From a virus (taxonomy: Duplodnaviria; Caudoviricetes), in IMG/VR virus record IMGVR_UViG_3300027804_000038, positions 96,001 to 160,000 of that record: a stretch of 64,000 bases of DNA; one strand, 5' to 3'. The stretch's first letter is position 1, and each line of letters begins with the position of its first letter. Both the position numbers and the translations under genes were made by a program. The notes under the pieces are model-generated. The model ran no database searches. It was not told the origin of the DNA and saw only the letters and a program-made list of their open reading frames with translations. Below are positions 50,721 through 59,500 of this stretch, in pieces.

Positions 50721-53153
50721 ATGATGTCACTAAGAATTAAAAAACGTAGCGGTGAAGACGCTTCCTTTAACCCGCAGAAAATTTATAATAGAATTAAGAG
50801 AGCCTCAAAAGGTCTTAACGTTAATTCTGATGAAATTTTTATTAAAGTAATAACCTCAGTACCAACTGAAGGTGTAATAACTACAAAAGAATTAGATAAG
50901 TTAATTTATGAAATTGCCGCGGCATTTACAGGTAGTCATCATGATTATTCTAGACTAGCTTCCTCAGTCGCTATCTCATCTTATCATAAAGAAACAGACT
51001 CAAGTTTCTCAAATGTAATGCATACTTTACATGTTGACGGAATCATTAATGATAAGTTAATGGAGATAATTGAAAACTATGGTCCGTCAAATATTGATAA
51101 TATTATTAATCATGATAATGACTATAACTTTGATTATTTTGCTTGGCGTTCATTACAAGAGATGTATCTTTTAAAATTACCAAATGGTAAAGTAGTTGAA
51201 AGACCCCAACACATGTATATGCGTGTCGCTCTTTGGATTACAAAATCATTTGAGGAGGCAGTTGAATATTATACTGCGTTATCTGAACAAAGAATTTCTC
51301 CCGCAACACCAATAATGATTAATGCGGGAACAAAAGTTCCACAGTTAGCTTCTTGTGTTTTAAAATATAATGATGAAGATTCTCGTAAAGGTCTATTAGA
51401 TACTATGAGAGATATATCTACTTACTCTTCAGATGCCGCAGGTATTGGACTTTGCATGTCAAATATTCGTAGTAAAGAAAGTAGAATTAATTCATCAGGT
51501 GGATTTGCAGGTGGTTTATTAAAGTATTTGAAGATTGTTAACGAGTCACTTCGTTTCTTTAATCAACAAGGTCGTAGACCAGGTTCTGCGGCAATCTATT
51601 TGGAACCTTGGCATAAAGATATCTTTGATTTGTTAGATATTAAAAAGAACACAGGTGCTGAGGAATTAAGAGCTCGTGATTTGTTTACCGCACTTTGGAT
51701 TCCCGATAATTTCATGAGAGCGGTTAAGAATAATGAAGATTGGTATTTGTTCTGTCCTAATGATATTAAGAAATCTGGTATTAAAGCATTACAAGAGTGT
51801 TATGGGGATGAATACGAATCTAACTACAATAAGGCTGTTGAATTAGGTATCGGTAAAAAAGTTAAGGCTCAAGAAATTTGGAATAAAATTATTGAATCTC
51901 AGATTGAAACAGGAGTTCCTTACTTATGTTCTAAAGATAATGCTAACAAAAAGACCAACCATCAAAATATAGGTGTAATCAAACAATCAAATCTTTGTAA
52001 TGAGATTTACCAATATACTGACGAAGATACTACTGCAATCTGCACATTATCATCTATGGTATTAAAAAACTTTGTTAAGGATGGAGAGTTTGACCACAAA
52101 TTACTATATGAAGAAACTCGTAAAGTAGTTAGAGCGTTAAATAAAGTTGTTGATATTAACAACTACTCAACAGAAAAAGGATTGAAAGGTGGATTAGCTC
52201 AAAGAGCAATTGCTATTGGAACTCAAGGACTTGCGGACGTATTTTATTTGATGGATTATATCTTCACATCTGATGAAGCTCGTAAGTTGAACAAAGACAT
52301 TTTTGAAACAATTTATTTCGCAGCAATCACTGAAAGTAATAAATTGTGTATTGATGGATTATACCAACCGTACTCTCACTTTGAAGGGTCACCAATGTCA
52401 CAAGGAGTATTCCAATTTGATATGTGGGGATTGAAAGAAGATGAGTTATCAGGAAGATGGCCTTGGGGAATTCTTAAACAAAATGTTAGTAAGTATGGTG
52501 TTTGTAACTCATTATTCACGGCTCAAATGCCTGTTGCATCTTCAGCTAAGATTACAGGGTCATATGAAATGACTGAACCAGCTCACTCAGCTATTTTTAA
52601 CAGACGTGTGGTTGGTGGTGAGATTATGATTGTTAACAAATACTTGATTAACGACTTTGAAAAAATTGGAATTTGGTGTGAGGATTTGAAGAACGAAATC
52701 ATTATGAACGAAGGTTCAATCCAAAACATCAACTTCAATAACTACCTTGACCAAGAAGATAAGAAGTACAATTCAAAAGTTAAAAGAATTGAACACTTGA
52801 TTAACAAGTATAAAACAATTTGGGAAATCTCACAAAAGTCATTGATTGAAATGGCCGCAGACAGAGCTCCGTTTATTGACCAATCACAATCAATGAATAT
52901 CTATATGGGTAACCCAACATTGTCAAAGATTTCATCATCACATTTTTACGGATGGGAAAAGGGATTAAAAACACTTTGTTATTATGTTAGAACAAAGGCA
53001 ATCTCAACAGGAGCGAAACATTTGGCGGTTGACATCTCAAAAGTACAAAAACCAAATCCAACACCTGAACCACCAAAGGTAGATTACTCTTATATGAATT
53101 TACCTCCAAAACCTGAAAATAGTGAATTTGATTGTTTTGGATGTTCATCTTAA
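50721..53153 (+). CDS. nrdA: Class Ia ribonucleotide reductase alpha subunit with ATP cone
   Basis: N-terminal IKKRSG cone, ASCVL, SNLCNEI, CTLSS, YYVR, C-terminal CFGC. Confidence 0.95.
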   Translation: MMSLRIKKRSGEDASFNPQKIYNRIKRASKGLNVNSDEIFIKVITSVPTEGVITTKELDKLIYEIAAAFTGSHHDYSRLASSVAISSYHKETDSSFSNVMHTLHVDGIINDKLMEIIENYGPSNIDNIINHDNDYNFDYFAWRSLQEMYLLKLPNGKVVERPQHMYMRVALWITKSFEEAVEYYTALSEQRISPATPIMINAGTKVPQLASCVLKYNDEDSRKGLLDTMRDISTYSSDAAGIGLCMSNIRSKESRINSSGGFAGGLLKYLKIVNESLRFFNQQGRRPGSAAIYLEPWHKDIFDLLDIKKNTGAEELRARDLFTALWIPDNFMRAVKNNEDWYLFCPNDIKKSGIKALQECYGDEYESNYNKAVELGIGKKVKAQEIWNKIIESQIETGVPYLCSKDNANKKTNHQNIGVIKQSNLCNEIYQYTDEDTTAICTLSSMVLKNFVKDGEFDHKLLYEETRKVVRALNKVVDINNYSTEKGLKGGLAQRAIAIGTQGLADVFYLMDYIFTSDEARKLNKDIFETIYFAAITESNKLCIDGLYQPYSHFEGSPMSQGVFQFDMWGLKEDELSGRWPWGILKQNVSKYGVCNSLFTAQMPVASSAKITGSYEMTEPAHSAIFNRRVVGGEIMIVNKYLINDFEKIGIWCEDLKNEIIMNEGSIQNINFNNYLDQEDKKYNSKVKRIEHLINKYKTIWEISQKSLIEMAADRAPFIDQSQSMNIYMGNPTLSKISSSHFYGWEKGLKTLCYYVRTKAISTGAKHLAVDISKVQKPNPTPEPPKVDYSYMNLPPKPENSEFDCFGCSS

Positions 53154-53168
53154 AATATCCGATGTGTT

Positions 53169-53197
53169 ATCCCGAGCTAGGTCGGGGTTTTTTATTT
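53169..53197 (+). terminator. Intrinsic terminator after nrdA
   Basis: ATCCCGA-GCTAGG-TCGGGGT followed by TTTTTATTTT. Confidence 0.8.
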
Positions 53198-53218
53198 TTA
53201 AGGTATTTATATGTTACC

Positions 53219-53998
53219 ATGGACAATTTAATTAGAGAAGAAATAGAAAAAATAAAAAAAATTATGATTTCAGAAGAACTGGTTCAAAAAAATGGATACA
53301 GCTCTTTAAAAGAAACCATTGATATTTTATCAAAAAAAAATAAAGTATTATTATTAAGTTGTTCCAATAGATTTAATTGGGATGAAGATAATATTGATGT
53401 ACCTAAATCTAAAATATTAGCATCATATATTAATGAAGAATTAAAAGACAATTCTGTTTTAATTGACATTACTGAATTAAAAATTTTCCCATGTGAAGGT
53501 AATGTTTCCAGAAAAGATGGTAATAGTTGTGGTATTATGAAATCATTATTAAAAGATGATAAAAAAAATCCATCAGGATACCATAGATGTTGGGCTAGTT
53601 TAAATAATAAAACAGATGAACTTTGGAAAATTTCTAAAGAACTTTTTGAGTCTGACACAGTGATTTTTTTTAGTTCAGTTAGATGGGGTCAAACAAATAT
53701 GTACTACCAAAATCTAATTGAAAGATTAACTTGGATTGAAAATAGACATGCGTCATTAGGTGAAAAAAATATTGTAGAAAATATTGAAAGTGGTTTCATA
53801 TGTGTGGGACAAAATTGGAACGGAGAAAACGTAACAGATACCCAAAAACAAGTTCATGAATTTTATGGGTTCAAACCGAATAATAAATTATATTGGAATT
53901 GGCAATACACCAAAGACAAAAACGATGAAACTTTAAAATCCTATAAAGAAAGTTATAAAAAATTCTATAAAGATTTCAAAATAGATGAAGAAGACTGA
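53219..53998 (+). CDS. Flavodoxin-like FMN-binding protein (NADPH-dependent FMN reductase / Isf-like), start probably 53219
   Basis: KVLLLSCSNR, PCEG...SC...HRCW, SDTVIFFSSVRWG, LIERL; TATTTAT at 53204-53210. Confidence 0.7.
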   Translation: MDNLIREEIEKIKKIMISEELVQKNGYSSLKETIDILSKKNKVLLLSCSNRFNWDEDNIDVPKSKILASYINEELKDNSVLIDITELKIFPCEGNVSRKDGNSCGIMKSLLKDDKKNPSGYHRCWASLNNKTDELWKISKELFESDTVIFFSSVRWGQTNMYYQNLIERLTWIENRHASLGEKNIVENIESGFICVGQNWNGENVTDTQKQVHEFYGFKPNNKLYWNWQYTKDKNDETLKSYKESYKKFYKDFKIDEED

Positions 53999-54161
53999 TA
54001 TCGGGTATTTCAAATACGAAAGTAGTATACCAAAAAAACTTACTGAAATACCTTATTATCCAATTAATGATATTATACTTAATAGTTTAGAACACATCAA
54101 ATATGAGTTTGAAAATAATGTACAAAAAAAAATAAATGGGAAATTAGTGGTTTTGATTTAA
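53985..54161 (+). CDS. Small hypothetical protein, 58 aa (below the track threshold)
   Basis: Manual translation MKKTDIGYFKYESSIPKK...KLVVLI; overlaps the flavoprotein stop and fills the gap. Confidence 0.45.
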   Translation: MKKTDIGYFKYESSIPKKLTEIPYYPINDIILNSLEHIKYEFENNVQKKINGKLVVLI

Positions 54162-54177
54162 TAACTATTTATTTAAT

Positions 54178-54639
54178 ATGGCTAACGGTAAAACATATGG
54201 TATTAATTTCCCATTTAGAGATTCTTTTAATGGGAAATATCTTGATTTATCTGACTACGCTAATGAGGAGATAAGAAGTGATTTAATTCATTTATTATTG
54301 ACTAGAAAGGGGGCGAGATATTTTTTACCTGATTTTGGAACAAGATTATATGAATATATTTTTGAACCATTAGATGGACCGACATTCAACGAAATCGAGG
54401 CAGAAATTAGAGATTCTGTTGAAAAGTACATTCCTAATTTATTAGTTAATTCTATTAATGTTTTTGCAGCAACAGATGAAGAAGGGACTGATGTCGTAAC
54501 TACCGAGGGTAATGTTGATACTAGAACTTATAATTTACCTGGAAGAGCTGAAAGAGAATACACCGCTAAAGTTAGAATTGAATATACTATTACAAATGAT
54601 GTATTTAATTCTAAAGATTTTGTAATTATTAATATATAA
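54178..54639 (+). CDS. Baseplate wedge subunit (gp25-like)
   Basis: YGINFPF, LLLTRKGARYFLPDFGTRLYEYIFEP. Confidence 0.9.
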   Translation: MANGKTYGINFPFRDSFNGKYLDLSDYANEEIRSDLIHLLLTRKGARYFLPDFGTRLYEYIFEPLDGPTFNEIEAEIRDSVEKYIPNLLVNSINVFAATDEEGTDVVTTEGNVDTRTYNLPGRAEREYTAKVRIEYTITNDVFNSKDFVIINI

Positions 54640-54640
54640 G

Positions 54641-56479
54641 ATGGCAAACAAACAGATTTCATATACAACTCGTGATTTTGAAAACATTCGAGAAGAATTA
54701 GTAAATTATACTAAAACTTACTATCCTGAACTTATAGGTAATTTTAATGACGCTGCGATATTCAGTGTATTCATGGATTTAAATGCTGCGGTTACTGATA
54801 ACCTACATTTTCATATTGATAGGGCGATTCAAGAAACAGTATTGCAATACGCTCAACAAAGGTCTTCAATATACAATATTGCGAGAACGTACGGGTTAAA
54901 AATACCAGGTTTAAGACCTTCAGTTGCTTTAGTTGATTTTTCTATAACAGTGCCACCATTTGGAGATAAAGAAGATTTAAGATATTGTGGTATTTTAAGA
55001 AGAGGAAGTCAAGTCCAAGGTTCAGGGCAAGTATTTGAAGCGGCGTATGACATTGATTTTGCGTCACCATTTAATAATGAAGGTTACCCAAATAGATTAA
55101 AAATACCTAATTATAATGCGAGTAATCAAATTATTAATTACACTATAGTTAAAAGAGAACCTGTAATTAATGGAGTTACGAAGGTTTTTAGAAAAACAAT
55201 AACTAATGCGGAATCTAGACCTTTTTTTGAAATATTTTTACCTGAAAAAAATGTGTTAGGCGTAACTAGTGTTCTTCTTAAAGATGGTACTAATTATTCT
55301 AATGTACCCTCGGCTCAAGAATTTTTAGGTGTTGCAAATAAATGGTATGAAGTACAAGCTTTGGCTGAGGATAGAATTTTTATAGAAGACCCTACTAAAA
55401 CTTCAGACACGCCAGGAGTTAAAGTTGGTAAATATATTCAGACTAATACTAGATTTATAACTGAGTATACTCCAGAAGGGTTTATGAAATTAACTTTTGG
55501 TGGGGGTAATACATCTACAGATGAATTATTAAGAGAGTTTGCAAGAAATGGAACACCGTTAGACTTATCAAAATACCAAAATAATTTCTCATTAGGGTCA
55601 ACATTAAAGGCTAATTCAACACTGTTTATTCAGTATAGAGTCGGAGGAGGTTTAGGGACTAATTTAGGTATTAACACATTGAATCAAATTGGAACTATAA
55701 ATTTTAATGTTAATGGACCCTCACAAACTATTAATACAAGTGTAATAACATCATTAAATTGTAATAACGTAACTGCCGCAGTTGGAGGCTCTAACGCACC
55801 GACAACAGAAGAAGTTAGAAATTATGTTACATTTAATTTTGCCGCTCAAAATAGAGCGGTTACAGTTAGTGACTACGAAGCATTAATACGTAAAATGCCC
55901 TCACAATTCGGAGCTCCTGCAAAAGTGGCAATTACTGAAGAAGATAATAAGATTAAAATTAATATATTGTCTTATGATATTAATGGTAAATTAACACCAT
56001 TAGTTTCAAATACCCTTAAAAGTAATTTGGCTAATTATTTGTCAAACTATAGAATGATGAATGATTACATATTCATATCAAGTGCTAGTGTTATTGACTT
56101 ATCATTCCAAATATATGTTACTTTAGACGCTACTCAAAATCAGGGGGCGGTAATTTCAAATATAATTACTAGAGTATCCAATTATATGAATCCTGTTAAT
56201 CGTGAGATGGGACAAAATGTTAATGTTGCTGAAATAAGACAATTAATACAAAGTGAAAATGGAGTAATAACATTATCAAAGATTGATGTGTTTAACAAGG
56301 TTGGAGGATTATATTCTTCATCTGAAACTTCACAATCATATTCTGACTCTGCAACCAAACAAATAGGGTTAATTAATGAGACTATTTTTGCTGAACCAAG
56401 TCAGATATATCAAGTAAGATTTCCTCAAAATGACATAACTGTAAGTGTGCTTAACTTACAAACTGTTAACTTCTCATAA
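54641..56479 (+). CDS. Baseplate wedge protein (gp6 / baseplate J-like)
   Basis: YTTRDFENIR, ETVLQYAQQRSSI, AAQNRAVTVSDYEAL. Confidence 0.85.
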   Translation: MANKQISYTTRDFENIREELVNYTKTYYPELIGNFNDAAIFSVFMDLNAAVTDNLHFHIDRAIQETVLQYAQQRSSIYNIARTYGLKIPGLRPSVALVDFSITVPPFGDKEDLRYCGILRRGSQVQGSGQVFEAAYDIDFASPFNNEGYPNRLKIPNYNASNQIINYTIVKREPVINGVTKVFRKTITNAESRPFFEIFLPEKNVLGVTSVLLKDGTNYSNVPSAQEFLGVANKWYEVQALAEDRIFIEDPTKTSDTPGVKVGKYIQTNTRFITEYTPEGFMKLTFGGGNTSTDELLREFARNGTPLDLSKYQNNFSLGSTLKANSTLFIQYRVGGGLGTNLGINTLNQIGTINFNVNGPSQTINTSVITSLNCNNVTAAVGGSNAPTTEEVRNYVTFNFAAQNRAVTVSDYEALIRKMPSQFGAPAKVAITEEDNKIKINILSYDINGKLTPLVSNTLKSNLANYLSNYRMMNDYIFISSASVIDLSFQIYVTLDATQNQGAVISNIITRVSNYMNPVNREMGQNVNVAEIRQLIQSENGVITLSKIDVFNKVGGLYSSSETSQSYSDSATKQIGLINETIFAEPSQIYQVRFPQNDITVSVLNLQTVNFS

Positions 56480-56543
56480 TATAGTTAAGTCTTATCATTT
56501 ATTTTTTAAAAATAGTGAGTAAACTATTTATTAAAAAAAATAT

Positions 56544-59500
56544 ATGTCAAATTCTTATAGGATTAGAACTGAAGTTGGTGTTGATAAGTACCTACAAGTT
56601 AAATTAGAACAAGATTATGACCAACTTGATATATTATCGTTTTCTATTTTTCCAAACGATGTTTATACAAGGAATTGTCCTGATTTTGGAGTAGTTTGCG
56701 GTAGGGTATTTTGTAACAAAGGATTTGGTTTACCAAATGCTAAAGTTGCAATTTTTATACCTATATCAGATGAAGATGAATTAAATCCAATAATCTCTAC
56801 TCTATACCCTTATAAGAGTTTTGAAGATTTAAATGAAGATGGTTATAAGTATAATTTATTACCGTACACTAAATCACACTCTGGTCACGTTCCTGTTGGT
56901 ACATTTCCTGAGAGAGAAGACGTATTATTAGATTCTTCAGTAATTGAGGTTTATGACAAATACTATAAGTTTACTGTAAAGACAAATGATTCAGGTGACT
57001 TCATGATTTTTGGGGTACCTGTTGGTCAGCATAACTTATTTATGCAGATTGATTTATCTGATATTGGGGAATTTTCTTTAACCCCACAAGATTTAATTAG
57101 AATTGGAAGAGCAACTGAAAGTCAAGTTAATGGTGCTTCTTTTAAGTTTTCTGAAAATTATAGTGAGTTACCACAAATTGTAACATTACAAAAAATAATA
57201 CAAGTTGCCCCTTTTTATGGTCAACCTGATATCTGTGATTACTATATAGTTAGAGCGGACTTCGATTTAACAACAGAGTCTTCAATTACTCTTGAACCTA
57301 CAGCAGTGTTCATGGGGTCCCTAATTTCGACTAATGACAGAAAGAAAATAAAAAGGACTTGTAAAACACCTGCTAAAGCTGGTTGGTTATGTGATTTAAT
57401 TACAGGTCCAGGTCAAATAGAAACTATTAGACAAACAGTTGATTCTGATGTAGATGGAAGACCAGTACTTGAAGACTTTAGATTAGAAAATGACGGTAAA
57501 ATAATTGATGATAATGGAACATGGGTTGTTGAAGTCCCAATGAACTTAGAATATGTGTATACGGATGAATACGGCAATAGGTTAGTTTCAAATGACCCAA
57601 CAGTAGGAGTACCGACAAAAGGTAAGTATAGATTTAAAATAAAATGGCAACAATCCCCAAAACTCTCAGAGGAAAATAAAAGAGGATATTTTTTAGTTCC
57701 AAATATTAAAGAGTATGGTTGGGAATCATCTAGTAATGACCCATCTAACCAAAGTATTGCTAGTGGTAGTATTACTTTAAACCATAATTCTGACCCACAA
57801 GAATTAGTATTTGGTGCGCAATTTAATGATAATGCGATTAATATTAATAATTCCCAAAACGTACAAAGTTATGAAATTTTGGTTAATGACGTTGTAGTAC
57901 CTGAATATCAAACAACAATACCAATATGTAATTTAGATAGTGGTGACATTGTAAAGATAAGATACACATTAACCGATACATCTGTTGATGGTGAATTATT
58001 TGTTACTATTTTAACAGAAAGTCAATGGTTACAACAATGTTCATACGCTTATAGTTTAAGTTGGGAAGATTATGGTAATGACTTAATGGTTAATGAAGCC
58101 ATTAACTGTGAGGATAGATTTTTTGAATTACAATATAATAAAGTTTACACCGTTTCACAATTATTAGATAGGGTAACTAGACAGAAATTTCCATATGCCC
58201 CACAAAAATCTATACAAATTAAACACATCACAGATTCAAAGTGTGAGGGAGATTACAACCCATTCCCAACTAATGACGCTTATTTTAGATATGATTTTAT
58301 TTATCTTGCATTAACATTAATTCTCACAATTTTAAAATTTGTTCTTGTACCTCTTGTAGTTATAGTACACGTTTTGGCTTTTTTATGGCCAATATTTGCA
58401 ATTATTATAATCGTTATTAGTGTAATTGCGAACATCGTAATAGCTATTTGTAATGGTATAAATAGTGTTGCTGGATTATTAGGGTTAAGTTTTGATTGCC
58501 CATCACCGATACCAATTGATAGTGAAATATTTAGTAATAATCCTTTTAAGAATATAAAATTACCTTTATTTTTATATACTGAAGATGGATGTGAAAGATG
58601 CAGATGTAATATTGATGGTGTTGATGTTAGTGATAACGCATATTCCGACAGTTTAAGTCAATGGACTGCTCAAAATTCATTACAAAATACTTCTAATCTT
58701 ATTGATTTTACTTCATTGAATAGTTACGGAAATGTTAATTATATACAATCTGTTTTGTTGGCTGGGTCTAATGACCCTGATAGACCTTGTATTGATAGAG
58801 TTCCTTATTATAATAATAATAGTGCAACATATTATATATCATCAAGTTTACCTATTGCGGAAAGATTAAATTTATTTAATACTAAGGCTAAGTATTTTGA
58901 TAATACTAATAGTAATTTAAGTCCTGGAAATACAGGATGGAATCAAATAAAAGTTACTTGGTTTCCTGAAGCTAACGGTAATTTAAATCACTTTGACAAT
59001 ACATTAGTATTGTTAATCGAAACTACAGGATTTAGTAGAGGTGATATTATATCTTTCCAAAATCCTGCTATGTCAAATGATATTAACGCTAATAATATAA
59101 CAGGTGCAACATCAATACCCGAAACGATAACTGTTAGATATGCTAACCCTGTTTTTGGCTTAGGTGAATCCCAAGTTACGTACGCGATGCCTTGGTATAG
59201 CGAAGAACAAAGAGAATTAACTAGAACTACGTGTTTTAAGGCGGATATTGAGTATTTCCAAGTACTTGATATAGTTGACTTTGATACTTATAAATCAAAC
59301 GCTAATCCACTTTCGAATAATGATAATCGATTTTCATTACCTTGGAGATTTTTAGATTCCTCACATATTTTTAATGGAGATGTTGGGGTTAATGGAACCT
59401 CTAGTTGGGGATTTGATAACTCAATGGCATATTTTACTGAAAGTACAGAAAATGCCAATGCCGCTATAGAAGCTTGTAGATATGGGGTATTCCATAAATA

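Noticed and set aside
15657-53153. Inteins or self-splicing introns in polB, helicase, nrdB or nrdA
   Set aside because: Reading frames are continuous, lengths are ordinary, and no C...HN intein ends or homing endonuclease motifs were seen.
53153-54010. 13-nt imperfect inverted repeat (AAATATCCGATGT / ATATCGGGTATTT) flanking the flavoprotein gene, suggesting a mobile cassette
   Set aside because: Two mismatches in AT-rich DNA, the right copy lies inside a probable 58-aa ORF, and there is no transposase or target duplication.
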